Source of the DNA: Paraphysomonas bandaiensis
Lineage: Eukaryota; Protista; Chrysophyceae
Length of the DNA stretch: 64,000 nucleotides
Reading direction: 5' to 3'
Assembly (NCBI GenBank): GCA_965644295.1
Contig: CBFFRP010000074.1
Span: 62,001 to 126,000 of the forward strand
Positions 51,237 through 63,221 of this stretch are shown here, piece by piece (positions within the stretch are counted from its first letter, which is position 1; each line of letters begins with the position of its first letter). The translations under genes were made by a program, and so were the position numbers. A model generated the notes under the pieces. That model searched no databases and was not told the DNA's origin. It saw only the letters and a program-made list of their open reading frames with translations.

Positions 51237-52035
51237 CAGGGATAGGGAACAATATATTGCAATACTATTGTTAGATAGCGTTCCATCAATAGTATTGATG
51301 GAATTTTTAAACCGGTCCTACAATACAATTACAATATATTGCAATATATTGTCAATGTATTGCAATATATTAGTATGACTAATCAGTAGGTAAACACATC
51401 CATAGATTTCATTTTTAGTATTAGTCATTAAGATCACATGACAACCAAACCAACTGCTGCTTATAGCTACTAAAAATCCACCTCGTCCTCATCCTCTGAG
51501 CCATCATCGGTGAGGTCAACATCACCATATTCATCCACAGAATTAATTGAAATATGCTAGTATCCGGCCATAACTGTCGAATAGCTTTCTAAAACAACAG
51601 CATATTAAGTAGGATGGATACTTTTGCGCAACACTGATATAATATGTTTAGCTGTGCTGAACAGACGTTCCCATGTATTGGAAGTACATACCAGGGTCAG
51701 GCAACCGTTAATGACTCGTGGATCTGTACGTTTCTTAATTTTTTGAACTGACTGAAGATTTTTAGTCGCATTGTCAACATCAGCTTCATTATCCTTTGTA
51801 ATGTTGTAATCAATTTCTCGTTTATTTATATCCATTTTGCACCCTACAGTTGAGAATCTTTTTTTATATGACTATCATAATATTGATTGCAATGTATTGC
51901 AATAGTATTGTGAGCTCCTTTAACAGAAACACTATTGATGGAATATTTGACCAGTCCACCAATCAATATATTTTACAATATATTGCAATATATTGTACAA
52001 TGTATTGCAATACAATATATTGTTCCCTATCCCTG
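51237..52035 (-). mobile_element. Non-autonomous hAT DNA transposon with degenerate transposase C-terminus
   Basis: Perfect 23-bp TIRs CAGGGATAGGGAACAATATATTG. Perfect 8-bp TSD ATACATTG (51229..51236 and 52036..52043). Subterminal CAATATATTG arrays. Internal TSNTWERLFSTAKHIISVLRKSIHP is the hAT dimerisation motif. Confidence 0.95.
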
Positions 52036-52316
52036 ATACATTGTGAATCAAAAAAGAAAAGCAAACATGAATACTTTCGACGTAAAGTAGCGAATTTATA
52101 AGGAGCCGTAGGCGTTTCGGCACGATTAGCTTCCACGGAAACGTCCTGTGACGTTGTAATGTTGTAATACTTATTTACTTCATATGAATTTGGTGAAATG
52201 TGATATAAATTCAATCACGACTAATATATCGTCACCGGGTCACATAGCTATGTCAATTCGAGAACTTTACTTAAGCGAAAAACACAGCTCCATCACAGGT
52301 TCGCATTTCTAATAAT

Positions 52317-54236
52317 TTAATTATCACTATCAGATTCTTCGTCATCTTCTGCAGATTCGCCACTCTCACTCTCTTCATCAGAGCTGTCTCTAACTTCACG
52401 GTCCTTGAACTCGGCATCCGTAACAAGGTCACCCAGGTTAAAAACCTCTACTCTATTTTTGGCCCCCCTTTCTCTCCACCACCTACCCATCCTATGCTCA
52501 TTTCCGGTTCCGATCACAACCAGCCGAGGAGAAATAGCGATGGAGTTGACAAATCCCTTTCCTACTTCCCACTTTGTCATCTCACTTAATTCACGATCAT
52601 CCGCATCAGCGTGCCAAAATCGCAAAAAGCCATCGTTGGAGCCCGTAGCAACTAGATCGGATGCCTTCATAGAAGCCATAGCAGACACCCACCGCGCACC
52701 TGATGCCTCAACACCGTGCGCTGCTGGGATAGTAGCGATTGGCTTTTTCTGTGTTTCCTTCCACATACAGAGCGCTCCATCCTGACCAGAGGACATGTAG
52801 CTCTCCGGTGTCAAAAATTGTACGTTATCAATGCTCGCCTTGTGTCCTCGAAACACGAGATGCGTCTCGTCGGATACTTTCCACAGACGAACAGTACGGT
52901 CAATGGAGCTGGTGATTGGCCGATCTCGACTCCAATCCATAGCATTGATACCATCCTATACGGAAAACTTTTTTAAAACAGCAGACCGAACACTATACAT
53001 AACATACCTGGTGACCAAAAAGTGTCTCCAAATATCCCATTTCGTTTAAATCCCAGTGTTTAATACATCTTCAAATATAAAATTGAATTCCATGTACAGG
53101 AAGTCACAGCGGATAACCTACCTATCGAGCGACCCTGAAAAGAGTGAGTATGAGTCGCGCTTGAAGGAAAGAGATGTAACTGCATCTCGGTGCCCCGCCA
53201 TCGCCTTCACTTCAGTGTTGGTACGGTTATCGAACACTCGCACAAAATTATCCCTTCCTCCGGATGCCACATACTTTCCGTCTGTACTAACGGCTACGCT
53301 AAGAATTTCCCCACTATGGGACTGCTGGCTACCATGTGTGCTTCGGCGCCACTGAGGTAATAGCGTCGTTTTTGCCCCACTCTCAATATCCCATCTAAAA
53401 TTCAACAAATACAAGGTATAAGGTCAGTATGGGCTTGTGATACATACACAGTGCACACGCCACAGCAACGACTCAAACGTAACATACAGACAACACGACG
53501 CGTACAAACACTTCAGCAGACTCTCCAAATGTATGCAGTACTATTGCATCACTCAAACATAGGCTAATCTATTAAACTTATTTGCACACAGGTACAAGTA
53601 CATACTTTAGCAGGGAGTTGTCTTTAGACCCAGAGAAAACGGTGGTATCATCACTTGAAAGCGCAAGGCATGTCACTGCCAGCTGCATCATTTGATTAAT
53701 ATTATTATCAATTAAAAATATGAATTCATTACCTTATGACCAGTGAATACTGATCTACTAATTGTGTTGATATCGAGATCGCGGAAAGACTCTGCCACAC
53801 GCCTGTACACACACACGTCACTGCCAACTATACGACAATGGAGAAATCAATCACCTGACATATTTTCCTTGTTGCATAAGACGATTCCTACGAAGTCGAG
53901 CAGCCAGTCCGTCATCACCATCATCATTACTACTACTCTCACTGTCACTACTATCGTCTTCTTGGATACTCGCCAAGTACTCCTGTGCAAGTCTACGAGT
54001 ACACTCTTATCATACTCATAACAATACTATCAATCTTCTAACCGTTTTCTCTTCTGTTCAGCTGTTATTTCTTCCTCACTATTAGAATCATTACTCTCCA
54101 TATCATCACTCTGTGACCTCTCCTCATCATCTGAATCAATCTCTTCATCTTTCCATTTCAACTCTACTTCAGTTCTTCCACTCTTATTGGTACTCTTACC
54201 ACCTGATTTTAGATTATATAGACTACGTTTTGGCAT
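52317..54236 (-). CDS. RRP9: U3 snoRNP-associated WD40 protein Rrp9 (U3-55K), multi-exon
   Basis: Acidic N-terminus with EEIDSD..TAEQKRKR. WD40 repeats (DRTVRLWKV..ETHLVFRGH, GFVNSIA) and G.EHRMGRWW. Confidence 0.92.
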
Positions 54237-55617
54237 TGTAACCAATTATTCCAATGTGATATATACTATTTGCAATGGTATTTAGTTACTGGCAGGTTCG
54301 TCTATTGCATTGTTGCAACTATGGATGGATTATATGAAGAGTGTGGTATAGTCATCCGTATATACAGCATTATACTAGAGTATTTTATTTCATGGTTGTG
54401 GAGGGGGTACACTGCATGAATGATATCTGAACTCTAAAACTGAAAATATATAGAAAGTATCAGCAGCACACTCTCTGGTGTGTTCAATGCATAGCAGCAA
54501 GCAATGCATGCACACATGCATCAATGAATGTTTAGGATAGTTATAAATGTATAAGCTATGCATATGATGCACTGTCTCTAGATCTCCATGATAGAAGTTC
54601 TGTTATGGTGATCTCTTCCCCACAATCACCCGATTTCCAACGATCTAAACCTTAGATCGTAATGCTTGCAATACAGCGACAGCTGTCTCTACATATACTC
54701 GGACTGCTAATAAGGTAATACGTGCATATATATGAGAAAAGTATATGAAATGTATGAAATTGAAAGCATAAGAAGGGTCACCTGTAAAGATTCTGTTGAC
54801 TTGCTACAAGCTTTCTATATTAAATTCGTTTCTATATGTTACGGATGCATTCAGTCTTATGTAATTCGTGTGTATAAAATAACGAAATAACTCTTCATAG
54901 CACGTCGCCATTCCCTTGATTACCATGGCTCTATTTAATAGTTTTGATAGGTATTGATGAATGTCACTGATATGAGTCCGTGTGGCTTTATGAGGAATTT
55001 ACAGAGCGAAGTGCCTCATTAATTCAAGTCCGTGGAGGACATTCTGCACTACGGCATAATTGAAATCCTGTGTTGTAGATGGGCTATAGTATGTACAAGC
55101 TTGATATTGAGCGCCATACTTAGTTGTTCGTTACTCTTTTTGCATTTTGTAACTTAAAACGCTGCGGAGTGACAACCGATAAACTCCGTGCATTTCGCAT
55201 TACATTTTATGTTGTATGGCACGTGCCCTGTAGAATAAGTACTTCAGTTGTAGCCACCGTAATTGGTACTAAAAAAAGTTTTGCATTTGTAATCGACCAG
55301 CTCAAACTGTGCACCACTAGGAAAACTAACGTTGCATTCGATCTGAAGTCTGTGTGAGGAAACTATGTGCTCTTGTGAGGAAACCACGATAGAACATCTC
55401 TAAAATATATACATGCCGTGCTATCATAACGAGATCGTAGAATGTATACAGAATTGGTGAATCCAATGAATATACGGAATATAATATGAACTTCTGAATA
55501 TGTTTCATTGTCTCGTAAAGCAAAGCATAGAGGTGTACATATCATTAAGCTTTTATGTTTACTACCAACTGGCTATAAATCAGTCGTTTATTGCCACACT
55601 CACTTTTGTCCTAATAT

Positions 55618-57397
55618 CTATCGCGAGTACGAACGAGACGGCGATATACTGCGAGTTGACCGCGAAGAGGAGGTTGAAAATGAACGACTTCGCGAATGAT
55701 ATCGCCTCACTCTATTTGTTGATCTCGATCGTCTAGTATCTGCATCTCTGGATCGAGAGTGCCCTCTACGAATTCGACCACCTACTGCAGACACCGAGCG
55801 CTCTCTAACGTAAGACCTTCTGCCTTCGCTAACTTTTGATCTCGAGCGAGTTCTAGATTCTCGGCCTTTCGACAATAACCTGCGGGACGTAGAATCACTG
55901 GGTCGTCTTCTATCTCTTGACCTCGAACGGGTGACACTTGTGCGTTCCCTTGACCGGTCGTCCCGTCGTGAGTAAGAGCGCTCTCTTCTTTCCCTGGATC
56001 TTTTAGGTTCTCTCGGTTTTCGTCGATCTGGTACGGACGTAGAGTCACTGGGTCGTCTTCTATCTCTTGACCTCGAACGGGTGACACTTGTGCGTTCCCT
56101 TGACCGGTCGTCCCGTCGTGAGTAAGAGCGCTCTCTTCTTTCCCTGGATCTTTTAGGTTCTCTCGGTTTTCGTCGATCTGGCGACATTGATCTTTCCTTT
56201 TCTCTTTCATCTTTAGACTTCTTGTGCTTTTCATCTACCGACAATATCAACATAAAGTTACGACTTATCATATGCCATCAACCTTTCTTGTGGTGCTTGT
56301 GTTTGTGTTTCTTGTGGTGTTTCTTCCTCTTCCGATTGTGATCGTCGTCGCTGTCGTCGTCATGCTTCCGTTTTTTCGATTTTTTGTGCCCCCGACCATC
56401 TCTGCTATCGTCTCTATCTCTACTGGATCGGGCTTTGTGTAGCTTTTCGTGGTTTTCAATTTCACCACCAAGTGATAAATCCGACTCTCCGCTTGTCATC
56501 CATGCAGGCAGTGTGGCTCCCCGTCCTCTTCCCTTCCCACCACTAGAAACACCAGGCAGCCCACCTCTCATGGACTGTAATGAACCACCACTAAAGTCTT
56601 CCCTATGGGAATGTTTCGGTTGGTACTCTCTCTCTACATCTCCGAATCGACTGTTCCTCCCCTTTTCTCTGTGATCATGCCTTCCATCTTTCTCACCTGC
56701 GACACTCTCATACCCATTGGACTCTCCCGTAGTCATCCAAGCAGGAAGCGTAGCCGTGCGCCCCCTACCCATACCACGACTGGTGGCTCTGCCTGCATTA
56801 CCGTCACGGTGGGTACCGGTGGGAGCAGAACGAGTACTCTCAATATCATCCTCAGGAATGAGGTCATACTTAGACCCACCAGTGTTAAAACACTCCATTG
56901 CAACATGTCCATGTCCACCACATCGAGTGCACTTCGTATTATATATTGCCCCCAGCTGTAATGGCTCTGGGTCTGATACACACATTATGTCATAGTAGTA
57001 GATCGCTATAATCACCTGAAGGACGGGGTTGCCTACGCCTGACATCCATTTCCGCATCTACTCCATTTTTATCACGATCTTCTCCTGTAGACTAACAAGC
57101 AACATGAACTACTACGACTATATATTCACTGTATATATCCACCTGATCACAGTATTTCATACTAAGAGATATTCGAGGTTTCCCATGATTATCATCAACA
57201 GATAAAACCTTCACATAGACCTCATCACCCATAGATACTACATCTGATGCAGATTCCACTCTACTTGATGCAAGTTGGCTGATATGAACTAGTCCATGAC
57301 TACGAATACCCTCAATTTCTATAAATACTCCAAAACTTTCAATTTTTATAACTTTTCCATGATAAATTTTGCCTTCATGTGGTAAAGACGGAGACAT
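55618..57397 (-). CDS. ZCCHC17: S1 RNA-binding + CCHC zinc-knuckle protein (pNO40/ZCCHC17-like) with extended RS domain
   Basis: S1 domain (FGVFIEI..GLVHISQL..RISLSMKYCDQ), LGAIYNTKCTRCGGHGHVAMECF...KYDLIPE, Lys/His-rich tail, RS-rich last exon. Confidence 0.8.
55885..56181. repeat. 150-bp-period tandem duplication inside the RS-rich exon
   Basis: 55885..56031 equals 56035..56181 except for one synonymous mismatch (55894 vs 56044). Confidence 0.95.
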
Positions 57398-58140
57398 ATG
57401 TACTACAGTTCTCTACAGCAGTATACAGGAATCTTTAAATAATGGAGATAGAGTCCAGTGAAGTTCGGAAGTGTAGTATGAAGTGAGATTGCTTGGTGAA
57501 GTTGGATTATGTGACATGCGGGCAGTGTGTGTTGCCTGTACAGCAGTTGAAATTTCAGATATGTCCACTTTTGTATGACAAAAAATGACCCTTTTTGTAC
57601 AAAAAATTATAAAAATACACAGAGAGCTGCTGGATATCAGACATAGCTAAGAACTACCACCATATCGTAAATCCTCTGTAGCAGTATACCCGTATAATAC
57701 TGCTGTATTATTATGCGGAAGATGCCGTTGCGAAAAAAGTGACTATTCGTACAACGTAGTGGCATGAAAGCCCATTTTTATAAAGAAATCATAACTTTTA
57801 GGCGTTCCTCCTACTATTGGCCATATTTATGTAAATTCGGTCACCATAACGAGAGCGGTCACCATATATTGCTGTAGTCCCATATGTCGTCAGGTGCGTA
57901 TCATGATACTGTATGTAATGTGTCGTTATCAGGACATGTACACGTATGTGTATGTATGGACAGCACCCATTGCTTCAATACAAGTACACATACCTCACCT
58001 CGAGAGTGAAGGAGGAGTTGCAACAGATCATAGTCATACTCATACATGTCTGTAGTGTATAGAGGTACATGTATGTCACTTTCATCATCATAAACACTAT
58101 CCGGATACTTGACTGTAGTTGAGTGTATTCAGGTCCACGT

Positions 58141-59194
58141 ATGTCCACTTATCTCGGATTATTTTCATCAACAACACCTAACTGTGTGGGAGATCCTTAT
58201 CAAGATCCTGTTGACTCTTCTCGTCATACTGCTAAAGGACAACCTGGATTTGTAACTGGTAAAGGGATACCTGATAAGTACCATCGGCTATACGAGGGAG
58301 AGAAGTATAAGAATCCAAGTGATATGTATGCAGCCCGTAGAATGGAAGGAAAGCGCCGTTTTCTTACGCCTAATGGGTTTCGACCATCATCAGGACGGAT
58401 TCATCCACAGCCTGTGAAACATATTCCGGAGAGACTGGAAGAATCACAGCGAAAGCGGAAACCGGTTCACGAGACTATGCCAAGGCAAATATATACATCT
58501 CCTTCAAGAAAAGGATGTGGAGGTGCTGTCTACACTCCCACGCCGAAACTATGTTTTACGGATATTGAGTATGTTCCTAGTGAGTATGATGCCTTTAAAA
58601 AGAAGGAAGCGGTATGATAATTGAGCAACCACAAATTAAGATTTATTCTGTCATACCCTAGGCTATGCATAAAGAGAGGCAAAGCAAGATTCCAGTCCCT
58701 TTTACTGTTAGTCGAGTCAACTCGGTATGTGCGCGATAATCCCTGTCATATTTCGAATCATACTTTCGTTCACTTTAGACAAGGGGCTTGTTACCTGATT
58801 CTTTTTCAATATCTCCGGTTTCTCGCCCACAGTCCGCATCTCTGTCAAGACCTCAGTCTAAGACGAGTGTGCATACTGTGCCTGTGTTTCGACCGTCCAG
58901 TGCCACACCAGCATCACATCATCCCATATACGTACCCGACCCCTATGACGAGAGAAGGATTAGAGCAGCAGTTAACCCAAATAGAACTCTTCCACACTCT
59001 CTCCAACAAAACAAGTATGTCCTTTAGTGAGCACTCATACTATGCTTACTCAATAACTACGGCTTTGATATAGGATGTGCGATGATTTGATAAATAGAAG
59101 ACCGTGGTCACCTACTGGAGGGCAGAAGACAATGGTAACAACGTCAATCGCACTCTCGCGGAAAAGTCTACTATCACGGAAATTATGGTCTTAG
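58141..59194 (+). CDS. Cilia/flagella-associated protein, CFAP96 (C4orf47/UPF0602)-like, multi-exon
   Basis: GLFS.....VGDPY.DP, LYEGEKY..P, FRPSS, IYTSPSRKG.GG, YVPSEYD, IYVPDPYD, C-terminal PWSPTGGQKT...SI. Confidence 0.7.
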
Positions 59195-60280
59195 TATTGT
59201 GTCTGATGAACTATGTAACAGAGAGCTATATAGCTGAATTTTTGATATTCCTGTTGTAAATTTCTCCGTGTTACAACTTATTTATATTTCATTTTTGAAT
59301 ATGCAATATACGAAAAGATATTACACGAACTCAACCATAAGAGTGTATGCTGTTGGTACACATCCTGCGTTGTCGGTTGCACTCCAATGAAATTACTTAG
59401 CTAATGACTTTTCAATTTTTGAAGGATGTTGGTTTTGCAGTTAGCTCTTAGTATGACTACAATTGAAAAATGCCTAAATTTAGTGACAGGAATTGCGAAA
59501 TAACTAAACAGTTATATCACTCTTTTCGAATTTTACCTCTAGTATTTTTCCGCTCTACACATAATTAGGACGTCAGGTTGATGAAAATAGATGTTGGGAC
59601 ACTTCCACGTAACCTGATCTAAAGACAAAACATAACCAAGTTTTTGACTGAATTGAATACACACCACCACAGTATTGTATTAAGAAATGTCTTTATAATT
59701 TAGACTTACGTAATTCACTTACAACTGGCTATATATGTTCACCAGTAACCCTCCCTCACATCATTATATCCTTACATCTTATATCCCAAGTACTTGTCGT
59801 TACATACGACACTTTGTAATATTATACTCTACAATAAGTACTGCTCTTTCAAATTCAGCACTTATACTCTTCACTTATATACTATATAGTAGTATAGTAG
59901 TGAGGTAATAATCAGATAAGCAATAAGCACTAAAGTAAACGGTAGCTGGGTAGCGAGTTCACTCTATCTTCTATCATAATCCTCGAGTATATTATATGTG
60001 ATAGATGTGCTGTACCGAATGGTTGAGATTACTGTGCTATTCCAAGCACCAATATATTGCAGTAATTTTACAACAGTATATTATGATAATATAGAATAAA
60101 GGCAATTAATAACTAATACGTGCGAATTCAATCCAACACATTACAACTTCAAGTAAGCTCGACACTCGCTCGTTCAGCTACTTCTACGGCGTAGCTATCT
60201 CTTACACTTATGCTACAGAGATTACTTGTATATGCGAATATACCAGCAAACAAATAAAAAAGAAACACAATCATGAAGTT

Positions 60281-61450
60281 TTACTTAGCCCAGCATACTT
60301 TCTTTCGGGCACAAAAAAAAAGTAATTTGATAGTAAGTAATAAAAGTAAGAACAAAATACAGTACTGCACATTCAAATAAGGAAGCGTGGACTCATAATG
60401 CATTATTGTAGTGTGAGGCCTAATGGAAATTCCAACATCAGGTAACTGGGGTAATTCACCCCCAGTGAAAGTACTAATATCTACAGAGAGTAGTCCTCTC
60501 CGGGAAGAAGACTGGAATACGTCTTTTCGCTTTACATACCTCGTACGTGCCATACCCTTCAAACTTGAGCGTTTATACCCTTCCATTTCATGGGGAATTT
60601 CTCCTCCCCCATTTCTGCTGGCAATTGCGGCGGTGATGCTGTGCATCTTCCAAAACATACGTATATTCGACGTCAGCTCGTCTGCCTCTGTTGTGACACT
60701 GTCCCAGAGACATAGTGGTAATGAAGGCACATTCGCAGCTTTAGTAAGAGACATGATCACAGTATTGTACACTCTATAGCTCCAATGCAGCTTGCTTATA
60801 GCTTTGGACATCCGATTCATTTTAATAAGCTTCTCCACTGGAATTAGTGCATCACTCACAAATTTTTCTTTGTGGAGACAGCTGATAATGTCGAAAGGGT
60901 GGAGAACATCAGGACTATCCCATAAATTAGGGTGACATATGGGAGAATTAGAGTGTGCGGCAGCACGACGTGTTGACCATATCTTAGGATCGCGAAGTGT
61001 AAGAAGAACTGCCAAATCCGGAGCAAAATGTAGAATATCGGGAAGTATTTCACCGACAGGAAAATCACTCGCAAATTCGCGAGTCAAAAGTAATTCTGTA
61101 AGAGCTACAGGATAACTATTCAGAATATCAGCACTGAGACATTTCTCTGCTGTTGCACTGGTACATACAACCACAGCTACTGTCCATTGCACCATAGCAG
61201 TATGAGTCTCATCAGCATTGCATACTAAAGCATAATGTAATGAACTAGTATTAAAATGAGTACATATAATAGAATTTATTGTACGTGTCCCTGTAGTGCC
61301 TTGACCTGCATTAACAGACTTTAGCTTAACGGATGCTTGGCTTAATCCAGGAAGAGTCAGACCATATCGAGGTAAGCGAAGAGCATTCAATGATGATACC
61401 AAATACTTGTCTATATCTTGTTTAATTGCACTAGAACAGTTGCTTTGCAT
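60281..61450 (-). CDS. P-loop sulfotransferase-family protein with C-terminal TM helix
   Basis: VNAGQGTTGTRTI (5'-PSB-like), ASDFP, VLLTLRDPKIWSTRR (3'-PB-like), hydrophobic tail followed by basic residues. Confidence 0.65.
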   Translation of the reverse strand: MQSNCSSAIKQDIDKYLVSSLNALRLPRYGLTLPGLSQASVKLKSVNAGQGTTGTRTINSIICTHFNTSSLHYALVCNADETHTAMVQWTVAVVVCTSATAEKCLSADILNSYPVALTELLLTREFASDFPVGEILPDILHFAPDLAVLLTLRDPKIWSTRRAAAHSNSPICHPNLWDSPDVLHPFDIISCLHKEKFVSDALIPVEKLIKMNRMSKAISKLHWSYRVYNTVIMSLTKAANVPSLPLCLWDSVTTEADELTSNIRMFWKMHSITAAIASRNGGGEIPHEMEGYKRSSLKGMARTRYVKRKDVFQSSSRRGLLSVDISTFTGGELPQLPDVGISIRPHTTIMHYESTLPYLNVQYCILFLLLLLTIKLLFFCARKKVCWAK

Positions 61451-61540
61451 ATTTCAATATGGTTTCATTGTACGGACATGCAACTCAGTCATTAACTGAC
61501 CTTCCAAACCGTGAATATCATGCATAACAATACAGCAGAG

Positions 61541-61722
61541 GTACAGCAGTACATGTATAGAGATGTACTGCTGTACTCGTTATGCACCAAGATGCTGTAT
61601 AGATCTGTACATGTCAGATGTACTGATAGACTGGTACAGCAGTACATATAGGCTGCTCAAGACACACATGCAATGTACCACTGTACCACTGTTCCTGTAT
61701 ATACCGTGCGTATACAGCAGTA
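61541..61722. promoter_or_regulatory. Cluster of four TACAGCAGTA motifs, two forming a perfect 14-bp inverted repeat
   Basis: Motifs at 61542, 61566 (reverse), 61635 and 61713. GTACAGCAGTACAT-8nt-ATGTACTGCTGTAC at 61541..61576. Lies 90-270 bp upstream of the ATG at 61450. Confidence 0.45.
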
Positions 61723-62572
61723 CTGTGGATGTCGCCCTTATCTATGCATCTAAACTCTGTACATAAACTGTCCACAGATATACACTATATATATATAGCA
61801 GTGTTGAATCAATATAGAGACAACGAAACAAGATATTGACTGGAAATGTAATTGATAACAATATTTTAAGCTAAGGTTACTGCTCGTGTTGCATTTGGTG
61901 CTACTATAACAGTTGTAGAAGGTGGACTAATTTGACGAGATCAGCAATTTGAATCCCCTCATTTGACACCATGCATTCGTGTGGAAGATAGTCCTTATCT
62001 AAAAGATATTATCCGCATATCCGGTTGACTTCATGCAGCCCAGACGGCAGTAGTAAACTCGGTGTTTTTTGTTTGATGTGAATTCCAATATGCGACTTTA
62101 GCACCTCTGTTTACTACTAAGTACATTTCATTGAAGCAAGGTATTCAAGCGTTACAAGTAACATTTTTTCTAATGAAGAGTCGTCTAACCTCCTGTAAAT
62201 ATACTCGCGGGAGAATACTACTAGCCATTGTGCTGGTACACAAATTTTGTAAATTTTGTACCCACCATGCAGGGTTGAATCGAGTTGCAACCATCTTTAA
62301 TCCTTCCTAATATGAGCAGTACGAAAGTGTTGAGGGTTACGGCCACATTGCAAGTATGTGATTATAAGTTAAGCTTCCATGAAGTTGTAACTATATAATA
62401 GCTTCTGTATTGCAATCATAGAAAAATACCAAACACAATTCAGAGTCCAATGTAGAATCACTCCAATATGAATATGTAATGGTTGAATTGCTACTACGAC
62501 TCTATTCTGCCTGGGACAATGTACAGTAGTAGCTGGTAGCCCACGACTTCCCATCATCATGTTAATTAGCTA

Positions 62573-62810
62573 TAGGCGTGTAAGGGTCAGAACTCATGTA
62601 GCAAAACAATATTACTAACTATTGCTTAACTCTGATATCCTACTATTTGGCAGATGTCAGGTATATTTGGCAGATGTTTTCTTTGAGTGATTGAGCGAAA
62701 GTAGTTGCACCTTCGTGTTTGCGGTGACGCACAAGCAGCTTTCGTGGAGTAATATAGTAGGATATCAGAGTTAAGCACTGATTCTTAAGGCCTATTGCTA
62801 ATAATAAGAC
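62573..62810. repeat. Dispersed repeat family X, fold-back copy (C)
   Basis: Two family ends face each other. Perfect 24-bp inverted repeat 62623..62646 / 62754..62777. Confidence 0.8.
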
Positions 62811-63221
62811 ATTGACTACTACATCGATTAAGAAGCCTCTGGCCCTCGGAACGATATGGGTATATCAAGCAAAAATCTTGTACCACATTGTGTGGACGGT
62901 TTCTACAAAACTAGTTTCTTGTATCGAACGTACAATAGTACAGCGACTCGAGGATCTATCTTTCGAGGCTATTAAAAATAAATCCATAGAAACTGGTGTG
63001 TAGTGTGTAATATTCGAGCGAGAAAGCTATAATGGTTTATAAAATACGGTAGGTTTATAAAAACATAGGATTCTAACTACGTTATTTTATTGTTTCGTGA
63101 TAGATAACTGCTTGCCACTTCAAAGCTTATTATTTTTCGCCTTTGTTACATTATGTAGCCAGCAAGGACAATAAAACTCTATATACATGTATTACAATAA
63201 TAAATCACATGGGTTGTCCCG

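Noticed and set aside
4735-61450. Two sulfotransferases as a sulfolipid/sulfated-metabolite cluster
   Set aside because: 55 kb apart, different families, no halogenase or other pathway genes nearby.
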